A stretch of DNA of 64,000 nucleotides from Eledone cirrhosa (Eukaryota): positions 7,750,001 through 7,814,000 of the forward strand of contig OZ024759.1 in assembly GCA_964016885.1 (NCBI GenBank), read 5' to 3'. Shown piece by piece: positions 13,880 to 26,345 of the stretch. Position 1 is the stretch's first letter. Every line of letters begins with the position of its first letter. Position numbers and translations under genes: made by a program. The notes beneath the pieces are model-generated. The model was not told where the DNA came from. It saw nothing but the letters and a program-made list of their open reading frames with translations, and did not search any database.

Positions 13880-14135
13880 TTTGCAGTTGCTCTAAAATCC
13901 CGGAGAGCTCAATTTGCTGGCCACTGTCACCGTGCCAGCAATGAAATCATATCCGCTCTCTTGCTCTGGAACCCTCACTCCAGCCTGACTAGGAGTAGGA
14001 AGCTGTCATTCCCTGACGTTATCTCTAGGGATACGGGAATCAGTAGACAGGACCTGGGGGCAGCGATGGGGGACAGGGGATTCTGGGGCATGAGAGTGAG
14101 ATCCATCATCTCGACAGTAGTCGACGAGTGATGAT
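13880..14135 (+). mobile_element. RTE-clade LINE 3' end
   Basis: RRAQFAGHCHR...LLLWNP...MGDRGFW, then stop and tgatgatg tail. Confidence 0.75.
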
Positions 14136-14199
14136 GTGTGGTGAGGAATGTAATTCCTGCGAATACTGGAGGACTACTGTACATTAAATGGAGACGAAC

Positions 14200-14325
14200 T
14201 ACCTGAAAAAGGTGAGAAGTTGAAGTCAGCGCAATTTTTTTAACCTCATAGATTGTTGGTTTCCCTGGGATCTGGTCAAAGAATTTGTTGGTACCTTTCT
14301 TTATCATTCCCAGGGCACCCACAAC
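14200..14325 (-). mobile_element. R4/Dong-like (restriction-like endonuclease) non-LTR C-terminal fragment
   Basis: GALGMIKKG...IPGKP..YEVKKIALTSTSHL resembles R4-clade C-termini. Confidence 0.55.
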
Positions 14326-14420
14326 AACGGAGGATTTGGGCTTTTAATTTCCACATCTTAGATATCTCAATCTCAACATCTTTCTATTTAGATAGTTTCT
14401 CAAATTCTTTTGTTGAGATG

Positions 14421-14683
14421 CAGGGGCATAACTAAGGAAAATAGCACCTATGGCAAGCAGTGAAATTGTGCCCCTTTCCAACATTGTATTTTTAACTATG
14501 GACCTAATAATTCATATAAATAGTTTAGTGATCCAGCTACCATAGTGTTTCTCACCCCTGGTAATCAAAGACAGACTCTTTGACAATAGCTTATCTGATT
14601 TGAATAGAAAGTACTCTTAGTTCAAGTGGTGCCTCCCTTCAAGTGGTGCCCATGGCACGAGCCGTGCCTTAGTTATGCTTCTG
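14421..14683. mobile_element. hAT-type MITE
   Basis: TIRs CAGGGGCATAACTAAGG / CCTTAGTTATGCTTCTG; 8-bp flanks TTGAGATG / CTGAGATG (7/8 TSD match). Confidence 0.8.
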
Positions 14684-14829
14684 CTGAGATGTTTCTATCA
14701 GTAGGCATTGTCATATCAATTAACAGGCATATCTTTTGTCTTTGGTCTTTGATAACCACCATCTATTTAACCACATAGCTATGGTGCAGCCACACTTAGG
14801 GGTTCCAGACTGGTGATGCAAATTCTATC

Positions 14830-15195
14830 TTGCTCAGAACATTGACCGCCTGGAAACTGTTCAGAGACGTGCAACCAAGCGAATACCCCCCATCAGGCAT
14901 CTACCATACTCTGAGTGGCTTGCTTCTCTAGGCATGGATACATTGAGTTTCCGACGTCTGGCAGCTGACTTGGTAAACACCCACAAAATTATTAACCATC
15001 TTGCCAACAACAACCCTGAGTACCTTTTTGATTTCCATGTGTCTAACACACGTGGACATCCCCACAAAGTCAGAAAACAGCACAGTTCCTATGACTTTCG
15101 GAAACATTTTTTCACGCTCAGTGTTGCTGAAGCATGGAACAAACTACCTGCATCAGTTATTAGCTGTCGAGACACTGCATCCTTTAAAACCTCCA
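14830..15195 (+). mobile_element. CR1-type LINE RT C-terminal fragment
   Basis: LETVQRRATKRIP...LPYSE.L..LG..TL..RR...DL...HKI...TRGH...RKHFF....AWNKLP. Confidence 0.85.
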
Positions 15196-16407
15196 TGGAA
15201 CAAACTACCTGCATCAGTTATTAGCTGTCGAGACACTGCACCCTTTAAAACCTCCATGGAACAAACTACCTGCATCAGTTGTTAGCTGCCGAGACACTGC
15301 ATCCTTTAAAACCTCCATGGAACAAACTACCTGCATCAGTTGTTAGCTGTCGAGACACTGCATCCTTTAAAACCTCCATGGTACAAACTACCTGCATCAG
15401 TTGTTAGCTGTTGAGACACTGCACCCTTTAAAACCTCCATGGAACAAACTACCTGCATCAGTTGTTAGCTGTTGAGACACTGCACCCTTTAAAACCTCCA
15501 TGGAACAAACTACCTGCATCAGTTGTTAGCTGTCGAGACACTGCATCCTTTAAAACCTCCATGGAACAAACTACCGGCGTCAGTTGTTAGCTGTCGAGAC
15601 ACTGCACCCTTTAAAACCTCCATGGAACAAACTACCTGCATCAGTTGTTAGCTGTTGAGACACTGCATCCTTTAAAACCTCCATGGAACAAACTACCGGC
15701 GTCAGTTGTTAGCTGTCGAGACACTGCATCCTTTAAAACCTCCATGGAACAAACTACCTGCATCAGTTGTTAGCTGTCGAGACACTGCATCCTTTAAAAC
15801 CTCCATGGAACAAACTACCGGCGTCAGTTGTTAGCTGTCGAGACACTGCATCCTTTAAAACCTCCATGGAACAAACTACCGGCGTCAGTTGTTAGCTGTC
15901 GAGACACTGCATCCTTTAAAACCTCTATGGAACAAACTACCTGCATCAGTTGTTAGCTGTCGAGACACTGCATCCTTTAAAACCTCCATGGAACAAACTA
16001 CCGGCGTCAGTTGTTAGCTGTCGAGACACTGCATCCTTTAAAACCTCCATGGAACAAACTACCTGCATCAGTTGTTAGCTGTCGAGACACTGCATCCTTT
16101 AAAACCTCCATGGAAGAAACTACCTGCATCAGTTGTTAGCTGTCGAGACACTGCATCCTTTAAAACCTCCATGGAACAAACTACCTGCATCAGTTGTTAG
16201 CTGTCGAGACACTGCATCCTTTAAAATCTCCATGGAACAAACTACCTGCATCAGTTGTTAGCTGTCGAGACACTGCATCCTTTAAAACCTCCATGGAACA
16301 AACTACCGGCGTCAGTTGTTAGCTGTCGAGACACTGCATCCTTTAAAACCTCCATGGAACAAACTACCGGCATCAGTTGTTAGCTGCCGAGACACTGCAT
16401 CCTTTAA
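15132..16407. repeat. 61-bp tandem array, about 21 copies, derived from the CR1 3' coding end
   Basis: Unit CATGGAACAAACTACCTGCATCAGTTGTTAGCTGTCGAGACACTGCATCCTTTAAAACCTC continues directly from the LINE ORF. Confidence 0.95.
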
Positions 16408-16409
16408 TA

Positions 16410-16665
16410 GGCTGTTGTAGGAGGTGACATGGGCCATTGTCTATGGGGTGGGGTGGCTGTTACAGGGGGTGACACTGGCCATTGTCTGAGGGGTGGAGTG
16501 GCTGTTACAGGGGCTGACACTGGCCATTGTCTGCAGGGTGGGGTTGCTGTTGCAGGGGGTGTCACTGGCCAATGTTTGCAGGGTGGGGTGGCTGTTGCAG
16601 GGGGTGACTCTGGCCATTGTCTGGGGGGTCGGGTGGCTGTTGCAGTGGGTGACTCTGGCCATTAT
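16410..16665. repeat. 45-bp G-rich minisatellite, about 5.5 copies
   Basis: Unit approximately GGGTGACACTGGCCATTGTCTGCAGGGTGGGGTGGCTGTTGCAGG. Confidence 0.9.
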
Positions 16666-16868
16666 CCATGGAGTACAGCTCCTTTACCACCGTGCCCTAA
16701 GCCCAGAGCCCAACCATCCTCCCCCTCCCCAAGAGTCCTTGCCATTCCCTTCCCTTTCTATTTTAGGTTCCATTCTCAATCTAAAGTTTCCATTTCCTAG
16801 AATTATAAATCTCTAATTGAAAAACAAGAACCTAGAATGAAGATGAGTGGCATTGATGGAGTTGACAT

Positions 16869-19800
16869 CTATATAGGGGACACTATTGGGACATAATGTT
16901 TGTGTATGTATAAAGAGGAAGACACAAAGCAGGCTATATAGGGGACACTATTGGGACATAATGTTTGTGTATGTATAAAGAGGGAGACACAAAGCAGGCT
17001 ATATAGGGGACACTATTGGGACATAATGTTTGTGTATGTATAAAGAGGAAGACACAAAGCAGGCTATATAGGGGACACTATTGGGACATAATGTTTGTGT
17101 ATGTATAAAGAGGGAGACACAAAGCAGGCTATATAGAGGACACTATTGTGACATAATGTTTGTGTATGTATAAAGAGGGAGACACAAAGCAGGCTATAGA
17201 GAGGACACTATTGGGACATAATGTTTGTGTATGTATAAAGAGGGAGACACAAAGCAGGCTATAGAGAGGACACTATTGGGACATAATGTTTGTGTATGTA
17301 TAAAGAGGGAGACACAAAGCAGGCTATAGAGAGGACACTATTGGGACATAATGTTTGTGTATGTATAAAGAGGGAGACACAAAGCAGACTATATAGAGGA
17401 CACTATTGGGACATAATGTTTGTGTATGTATAAAGAGGGAGACACAAAGCAGGCTATATAGAGGACACTATTGTGACATAATGTTTGTGTATGTATAAAG
17501 AGGGAGACACAAAGCAGGCTATAGAGAGGACACTATTGTGACATAATGTTTGTGTATGTATAAAGAGGGAGACACAAAGCAGGCTATATAGAGGACACTA
17601 TTGGGACATAATGTTTGTGTATGTATAAAGAGGAAGACACAAAGCAGACTATAGAGAGGACACTATTGGGACATAATGTTTGTGTATGTATAAAGAGGGA
17701 GACACAAAGCAGACTATAGAGAGGACACTATTATGACATAATGTTTGTGTATGTATAAAGAGGAAGACACAAAGCAGACTATATAGAGGACACTATTGTG
17801 ACATAATGTTTGTGTATGTATAAAGAGGGAGACACAAAGCAGACTATATAGAGGACACTATTGGGACATAATGTTTGTGTATGTATAAAGAGGGAGACAC
17901 AAAGCAGACTATATAGAGGACACTATTGGGACATAATGTTTGTGTATGTATAAAGAGGGAGACACAAAGCAGGCTATATAGGGGACACTATTGGGACATA
18001 ATGTTTGTGTATGTATAAAGAGGGAGACACAAAGCAGGCTATATAGGGGACACTATTGGGACATAATGTTTGTGTATGTATAAAGAGGGAGACACAAAGC
18101 AGGCTATATAGGGGACACTACTGGGACATAATGTTTGTGTATGTATAAAGAGGGAGACACAAAGCAGGCTATATAGGGGACACTACTGGGACATAATGTT
18201 TGTGTATGTATAAAGAGGGAGACACAAAGCAGGCTATATAGGGGACACTATTGGGACATAATGTTTGTGTATGTATAAAGAGGGAGACACAAAGCAGGCT
18301 ATATAGGGGACACTATTGGGACATAATGTTTGTGTATGTATAAAGAGGAAGACACAAAGCAGGCTATATAGGGGACACTATTGGGACATAATGTTTGTGT
18401 ATGTATAAAGAGGGAGACACAAAGCAGACTATAGAGAGGACACTATTATGACATAATGTTTGTGTATGTATAAAGAGGGAGACACAAAGCAGGCTATATA
18501 GAGGACACTATTGGGACATAATGTTTGTGTATGTATAAAGAGGGAGACACAAAGCAGGCTATATAGAGGACACTATTGGGACATAATGTTTGTGTATGTA
18601 TAAAGAGGGAGACACAAAGCAGACTATATAGAGGACACTATTGTGACATAATGTTTGTGTATGTATAAAGAGGAAGACACAAAGCAGGCTATATAGGGGA
18701 CACTATTGGGACATAATGTTTGTGTATGTATAAAGAGGGAGACACAAAGCAGGCTATATAGAGGACACTATTGGGACATAATGTTTGTGTATGTATAAAG
18801 AGGGAGACACAAAGCAGGCTATATAGAGGACACTATTGGGACATAATGTTTGTGTATGTATAAAGAGGGAGACACAAAGCAGACTATATAGAGGACACTA
18901 TTGGGACATAATGTTTGTGTATGTATAAAGAGGGAGACACAAAGCAGGCTATATAGAGGACACTATTGGGACATAATGTTTGTGTATGTATAAAGAGGGA
19001 GACACAAAGCAGACTATATAGAGGACACTATTGTGACATAATGTTTGTGTATGTATAAAGAGGAAGACACAAAGCAGGCTATATAGGGGACACTATTGGG
19101 ACATAATGTTTGTGTATGTATAAAGAGGGAGACACAAAGCAGACTATAGAGAGGACACTATTATGACATAATGTTTGTGTATGTATAAAGAGGGAGACAC
19201 AAAGCAGACTATATAGAGGACACTATTGTGACATAATGTTTGTGTATGTATAAAGAGGGAGACACAAAGCAGGCTATATAGAGGACACTATTGTGACATA
19301 ATGTTTGTGTATGTATAAAGAGAGAGACACAAAGCAGGCTATATAGAGGACACTATTGTGACATAATGTTTGTGTATGTATAAAGAGAGAGACACAAAGC
19401 AGACTATATAGAGGACACTATTGGGACATAATGTTTGTGTATGTATAAAGAGGGAGACACAAAGCAGGCTATAGAGAGGACATTATTGGGACATAATGTT
19501 TGTGTATGTATAAAGAGGGAGACACAAAGCAGGCTATATAGAGGACACTATTGGGACATAATGTTTGTGTATGTATAAAGAGGGAGACACAAAGCAGACT
19601 ATAGAGAGGACACTATTGGGACATAATGTTTGTGTATGTATAAAGAGGGAGACACAAAGCAGACTATATAGGGGACACTATTGGGACATAATGTTTGTGT
19701 ATGTATAAAGAGGGAGACACAAAGCAGACTATAGAGAGGACACTATTGGGACATAATGTTTGTGTATGTATAAAGAGGGAGACACAAAGCAGGCTATATA

Positions 19801-19925
19801 GGGGACACTATTGGGACATAATGTTTGTGTATGTATAAAGAGGGAGACACAAAGCAGGCTATATAGAGGACACTATTGGGACATAATGTTTGTGTATGTA
19901 TAAAGAGAGAGACACAAAGCAGGCT
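16869..19925. repeat. 65-bp tandem array, about 47 copies
   Basis: Unit ATATAGAGGACACTATTGGGACATAATGTTTGTGTATGTATAAAGAGGGAGACACAAAGCAGGCT; period 65 (16871 to 16936). Confidence 0.97.
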
Positions 19926-19950
19926 TTGTTTACAAACAGTTAGCGAATTT

Positions 19951-20087
19951 TAAAATTAGGTAGTACCACGTGCTTATGCTGTATTTGACTAAATAGAATT
20001 AGTCTGTTAGTTGGGATTTAAAAAAAAAAAACAGACTAATCCTATTTAGTCAAATACGGCATAAGCACATGTCAGTACCTAATTTTA
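19951..20087. repeat. Inverted repeat (about 57-bp arms)
   Basis: taaaattaggta...gactaaatagaattagtctgtt pairs with aacagactaatcctatttagtc...tacctaatttta. Confidence 0.85.
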
Positions 20088-20290
20088 TATATATGTGGAA
20101 AAATGGACATAAATCGATGATGATATATATATATATGTATATATATATTTAAAAGTTAAACAAGGTTCAATGAATACATCAAAGAATGAGTTTTACAATA
20201 GATTGGAAGCATTCAACAGAAAAAGGTTTTCCAGAGTTATTAATATTAATTCAAAATATTAACAAAATAGATATGCTTGTGATCAATTAT

Positions 20291-20355
20291 ATTTTATTAT
20301 ACATATTTCAGAGGCACTGAGTTAAGTTCAACAGTACGTCCTCATCAGACGTAAT
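20291..20355 (-). ncRNA. Decayed type I hammerhead motif in a probable PLE pLTR fragment
   Basis: Reverse complement reads ATTACGT-CTGATGA-stem II (GTACTG/CAGTGC)-GAAA-TATGTA-TA-ATAAAAT. Stem I pairs at only 5 of 7 positions. Confidence 0.5.
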
Positions 20356-20724
20356 ATTAATATTTTGAATTAATATATATATATAGTAATAATAATAAAT
20401 GTGAAGACTAAAATCCAAAGAGGGATCGATAAGGATAAATATATATCAAATATATAAAACCGTAGAGCAAATATTTATTAAAATAACAGATTAAAGTTTA
20501 AGCAAAGAATCGCTGCTTTCACCCTTATATATATATACACACACATATATATATACACACACATATATATATATACATACACATAAGCATATACACACAC
20601 ACATATATATACATACATACACGTAAGCATACACACATATATATATACACATTAGCATATACACACACATATATACATACACATAAGCACACACACACCC
20701 ATATATATACATACGCATAAGTAT

Positions 20725-20755
<31 letters not shown>

Positions 20756-20808
20756 AATACTCATAAGCATACATACACACACACATATATATACATACAC
20801 ATAAGCAT

Positions 20809-20839
<31 letters not shown>

Positions 20840-20949
20840 CATATAAGCATACACACACACACACATATATATATATACATATAAGCATACACACACACAC
20901 ACACATATATATACATACACATAAGCACACACACACATATATATACATA

Positions 20950-23322
20950 GACTGATAATTAGCGACCTCATAGTCAGGACGAGACGTACTCGACAACAGA
21001 GGAGGACTATCCTCAGGAGAAAAATATGGAAGCTAAAGGACCCCACAGCCAGGAATAAATTTCAAAGCATATTACTTGATGCTTTCGACAGTAAGGAAGA
21101 ACTTTTAGAGTCGGACAATATAGAGGGAGAGTGGGAATTTCTGAAAGCAAACCTGCTGTTGGCGACAGACGAAGTCTGTGGCTGGAGCAGGCCTGTAGGC
21201 AGGAGGAGAGTAACATGGTGGTGGAACAGTAAGGTGGAGGGGTCAATTAAGGCCAAAAAGCAGGCTTGGAAAGTATGGCGGGATGGGGGAAGTAGAGAAG
21301 ACTATCAAGTGGCCAGGAGGGAAGCTAGGAGACAAGTGTACTTAGCAAGAAGGGAAGCTGAGGAAAGAAAGTTCAAGCATGTTCTACAACGCGATGACCA
21401 AAAACGTGAGGTGTTCAGGATTGCTAGGCAATGCGTCAAGGAAAACCGTGATATTGTCGGGGAGAAGTGTGTACTAAACGACGATGGCACACTTGCCATC
21501 ACCGACGCTGATAAGAAGGTAGCTTGGAAGTGTCACTACGAAAGGCTACTAAATGAGGAGAATAAATGGGAGAAAGACAGTCTCCCCCATATCGACCCAA
21601 TAGAGGGACCAGCAGTGTTAGTCGAGGGGAGTATAATAAGTAAGGCAATCAAGGATATGAAGACGGGTAAGGCGGCTGGGCCTTCGGAAATAGTTGCTGA
21701 GATGCTGAAGGCATCTGGCACGGTGGGACACACCATGGTCACCCGCATAGTTAACCAAGTCGTACAGAATGGGGTTGTTCCGAAGGACTGGCATAGCAGC
21801 ATCATCGTTAACTGTTATAAGGGTAAAGGAGACGCCCTAGATAGGAGTAACTATAGAGGCATTAAATTAATCGACCAGGTCATGAAGGTCACGGAAAATG
21901 TAATAGCACAACTAATCAGAGAGAGAATTGACCTAGATGAAATGCAGTTCGGGTTTGTGTCAGGCAAAAGTACCACAGACGCTCTTTTCATTGTACGACA
22001 ACTACAGGAGAAGTACCTAGCTAAAGGTAAACCCCTCTACTTAGCTTTTGTCGACTTGGAGAAAGCCTTCGACAGAGTCCCCCGCTCCATTATCTGGTGG
22101 GCTCTTAGAAAACTAGGCGTTGATGAATGGCTTGTGAGAGCTATACAAGCCATGTATAAAGAAACAGTCAGCAAGGTTAGAATTAACAACGAATATAGTG
22201 AAGAGTTTAGCGTAAAAGTTGGTGTCCATCAGGGCTCTGTTCTCAGCCCCCTACTATTTATTATTGCCCTTCAGGCTATAACGGAGGAGTTCAAGACCGG
22301 CTGCCCATGGGAACTCCTATACGCAGACGACCTGACACTCATAGCGGAATCAATGGCCGAGCTAGAGAAGAAATTCCAAACATGGAAGCACGGCCTAGAA
22401 TCAAAAGGCCTTAAAATTAAACTGGCTAAGACTAAAGTTCTAGTTTGTAGGAAAGAAAATAAGGCGGCGGTCCCTTCAGGGAAATGGTCGTGCTCGGTGT
22501 GTAGGAAAGGCGTAGGTAGAAACTCAATTTTATGTCCTAAATGCAAAGTATGGGTGCATAAAAGATGTAGTGGGATCACAGGTAAGCTAACTAAGAACAT
22601 AGATTTTACATGTGGCCGGTGCTCTGGTGCAATAAGTAGCAGCAAGTGCCCACAAAATACTAGCTCCTTCAACTGCGCAGAGGGTTCTATAGAAATAGTG
22701 GACAGCTTCCGTTATCTGGGTGATAAAATCAGCAGTGGGGGAGGGTGCTCTGAAAGTACAGTAGCTAGAGTCAGAACTGGTTGGAAAAAGTTCAGAGAGC
22801 TTATACCACTATTAGCCGCTAAAGGGTTCTCCCTAAAAATGAAAGGCAGGTTGTACGATGCCTGCATACGAACAGCAATGCTGCATGGCAGTGAGACCTG
22901 GGCATTGTGTGCAGAGGATATACGCAGACTAGAGAGGAACGAAGCTTGCATGCTCCGCTGGATGTGTAACAGTAATATACGTGAACGGCAAAGCATAAAC
23001 GAACTAAGGAAAAAATTAGAAATAAGAGGGATCAGATGTTGTTTACTCGAGAGAAGGCTACGTTGGTATGGACACGTGATGCGCATGAAAGTCGATAGCT
23101 GTATAACAAAGTGCAGGGCAATAAAGATAGACGGTAGCCACGGAATAGGCAGACCTAGAAAAACCTGGGACGAGCTGATAAACTCTGACCTCACACACTT
23201 ACACCTCTCCAAGACAATGTCACTGGACCGAGACCTTTGGCGGTACTCAGTAACAGAGAAGACCCGCCTTACCTAAATATATAGTAAAACCTACTACAAC
23301 CAGTAGGCATCTCTAACAAAAT
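20950..23322 (+). mobile_element. RTE LINE family A, truncated at both ends
   Basis: Contains the 705-aa RT ORF. Lacks most of the endonuclease and the (GAT)n tail; flanked on both sides by the same compound microsatellite. Confidence 0.95.
21159..23276 (+). CDS. RTE-clade reverse transcriptase ORF (partial) with internal PHD-like finger
   Basis: [69 protein letters not shown]; no stops. The frame is open further upstream, so this is not a true start. Confidence 0.92.
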   Translation: MATDEVCGWSRPVGRRRVTWWWNSKVEGSIKAKKQAWKVWRDGGSREDYQVARREARRQVYLARREAEERKFKHVLQRDDQKREVFRIARQCVKENRDIVGEKCVLNDDGTLAITDADKKVAWKCHYERLLNEENKWEKDSLPHIDPIEGPAVLVEGSIISKAIKDMKTGKAAGPSEIVAEMLKASGTVGHTMVTRIVNQVVQNGVVPKDWHSSIIVNCYKGKGDALDRSNYRGIKLIDQVMKVTENVIAQLIRERIDLDEMQFGFVSGKSTTDALFIVRQLQEKYLAKGKPLYLAFVDLEKAFDRVPRSIIWWALRKLGVDEWLVRAIQAMYKETVSKVRINNEYSEEFSVKVGVHQGSVLSPLLFIIALQAITEEFKTGCPWELLYADDLTLIAESMAELEKKFQTWKHGLESKGLKIKLAKTKVLVCRKENKAAVPSGKWSCSVCRKGVGRNSILCPKCKVWVHKRCSGITGKLTKNIDFTCGRCSGAISSSKCPQNTSSFNCAEGSIEIVDSFRYLGDKISSGGGCSESTVARVRTGWKKFRELIPLLAAKGFSLKMKGRLYDACIRTAMLHGSETWALCAEDIRRLERNEACMLRWMCNSNIRERQSINELRKKLEIRGIRCCLLERRLRWYGHVMRMKVDSCITKCRAIKIDGSHGIGRPRKTWDELINSDLTHLHLSKTMSLDRDLWRYSVTEKTRLT

Positions 23323-23325
23323 AAG

Positions 23326-23363
<38 letters not shown>

Positions 23364-23438
23364 CATACACATAAGCACACATATATATATACATACACAT
23401 AAGCATGCACACACACACATATATATATATACACATAA

Positions 23439-23505
<67 letters not shown>

Positions 23506-24939
23506 CATGCACACACTTATATATACATACACATAAGCACTCACACACACATATATATATATACATACACATAAGCACTCACACACACATATATATATAT
23601 ACATACACATAAGCACACACACACACACATATATATATATACATACACATAAGCATACACACACACACACACATATATATACATACACACATATCTTTGC
23701 CGTCTCTTGTAGTCATCTTGTCTCTCGTCCTTCTGTGTCATTTACCAAAGAAATTCAATGGCATCATTGTTTGACAGTACCACCGAATTCTGTGCAGCAT
23801 AACAGTGCAGCTTAAAGTCTTGCAGACTGTTGCAGCGCTGTCTAATGTGCAGCATCAGAGATATTGGTTTTTCTGCAATTCTAAACATCATCTGCTTCTG
23901 TCTATTTGGTTCGTTCATTGATTTTTAGTTCATATTCTTCAAAAATCAATCAAACATAATCAAAGAACTATCAATCAATCTAAGTTGTTCCCGCAGACAT
24001 ATTTATTGTTTTCGGAACAATTTAACACTTCCAGATTCTAGTGGAATGTCTTGGAACTCTTCTACAAACAGCAGAACTTAACCATCCCAGACATTAGATC
24101 TTAACCATCCCAGACAACTAAGCATCACCACCACTGCCGCCTTCAACTCTATAACTATTATACTACCCCCCACAACCACCTTCACCACCACCGCCACCAC
24201 TGTCACCACCACCACCACCACCACTACACCACCACTTTCACTACCACCACCACCACCACCACCACCACCTTCACCACCACTTTCACCACCTTCACCACCT
24301 TCACCACCTTCACCACCACCACTTTCACCACCACCACCTTACTCCACCATTATGTATGTTTGTTGTGTGCCTGCCTGCCTGTGTGTGTGTGTGTGTATGT
24401 GTGTGTACGTGTGTAAGTGGGCGAGTGTGTGAATGTGCTTGTCGACACCTGGAATATATATTAAGAGAAACTTCACAATAAGGGGAAGCACCCCAACACT
24501 TGAATCTGTTAATGGAACCCTCTCTGCCTTTGTCACCCTTATTCCAGCCTTAAAGAATTAGCTCCTAAAGAATTTCCCTTTTCTTTAAACCATTGAACCC
24601 CACCCATCCTTCCAAATATGATTTTGTTTACAGTATTCTTCCTGCCTTTAGAGAATTAGCTTTTAATGAATCCCCTTTTCTTTAAATCCTTCAACCAATG
24701 ATCTCCACCCATCCCAATCCCCACCCTCTCCTACCTCCAGAAAAGAAAAGATATAACTATCACTACTTACTTGGACAGCCAGCTCCCTGATGATTTCTAA
24801 TGAATGAAACAGTTCTAGTCCTGTAGAAGCTCTTCTATATTAAAACTATATATATATATATATGTTACAGCTCACACCTATCCAGGTTTAGCTGGCCCCC
24901 TCCAAGGTATATCTCGTTGGGTGATTTAATGATAGGGAC

Positions 24940-25092
24940 CCCAGTCCCTATCATCTCATTTCTACAGCTGAGTAAACTGGAGCAATGTGAAATAAAGTGT
25001 CTTGCTCAAGGAAACAACACATCACCCGGTCCGAGAATTGAACTCACAACCTTTCGATTGCAAGCCCAATGATCTAACCACTAAGCCATGCT
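24940..25092 (-). mobile_element. tRNA-derived SINE (family sharing the RTE-B tail), partial
   Basis: Reverse complement of the head/core of 56003-56333. Confidence 0.8.
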
Positions 25093-25127
25093 CCAAATAT
25101 AAGCACATGTATTAACTGCTAATTTAA

Positions 25128-25300
25128 TTGTTTCTACTTTTGGCACAAGGCCAGCAGTTACCCAGTGCATTACTGGTACTTTATTTTATCGACCCCGTAA
25201 GGATGAAAGGCAAAGTTAACCTCGGCGGGATTTGAACTCAGACCGTAAAGGGACGTAACTATGCTGGAAAGCATGGCGTCCGACCCTCTACCGTTACCGA
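25128..25300 (-). mobile_element. SINE family 2 copy
   Basis: Reverse complement of 27698-27900. Confidence 0.8.
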
Positions 25301-25514
25301 TGGTATGAGAATATAAACATAAATCAAGTATACATACACTCACACAAATATACACCTACAAAAAATCAAACACACAGTTTCACCTGCTAACATACACAGA
25401 CATACATTCATACAAACACAGTTTCACCCCCATCAACACCTAGTATTCTAAGAGCCCACCACCAGATAATGGAGCGAGGGATTCTGTGAAAGGCTTTCTC
25501 CAAGTCAACAAAAG

Positions 25515-26345
25515 CTATATATACTATTGTATTTTCACAGTAAAGGCTTTATCTCACATAATATCTCACATAACATTTACATTACTCTATATATACTATT
25601 GTATTTTCACAGTAAAGGCTTTATCTCACATAATATCTCACATAACATTTACATTACTCTATATATACTATTGTATTTTCACAGTAAAGGCTTTACCTCA
25701 CATAATATCTCACAAAACATTTACATTACTCTATATATACTATTGTATTTTCACAGTAAAGGCTTTACCTCACATAATATCTCACAAAACATTTACATTA
25801 CTCTATATATACTATTGTATTTTCACAGTAAAGGCTTTACCTCATATAATATCTCACATAACATTTACATTACTCTATATATACTATTGTATTTTCACAG
25901 TAAAGGCTTTACCTCACATAATATCTCACATAACATTTACATTACTCTATATATACTATTGTATTTTCACAGTAAAGGCTTTACCTCACATAATATTTAC
26001 ATTACTCTATATATACTATTGTATTTTCACAGTAAAGGCTTTACCTCATATAATATCTCACATAACATTTACATTACTCTATATATACTATTGTATTTTC
26101 ACAGTAAAGGCTTTACCTCACATAATATCTCACATAACATTTACATTACTCTATATATACTATTGTATTTTCACAGTAAAGGCTTTACCTCACATAATAT
26201 CTCACATAACATTTACATTACTCTATATATACTATTGTATTTTCACAGTAAAGGCTTTACCTCACATAATATCTCACATAACATTTACATTACTCTATAT
26301 ATACTATTGTATTTTCACAGTAAAGGCTTTACCTCACATAATATC
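25515..26345. repeat. 72-bp tandem array, about 12 copies (one shortened unit)
   Basis: Period 72 (25525 to 25597). Preceded by a short antisense RTE RT fragment at 25440-25516. Confidence 0.95.

Noticed and set aside
1160-19925. CRISPR-like appearance of the 31-, 40-, 61- and 65-bp arrays
   Set aside because: Units are contiguous with no unique spacers, there are no cas genes, and the context is eukaryotic.
24787-24820. CTGATGA...GAAA hammerhead-like core
   Set aside because: No stem I pairing (gctcc versus tagtc) and a weak stem II.
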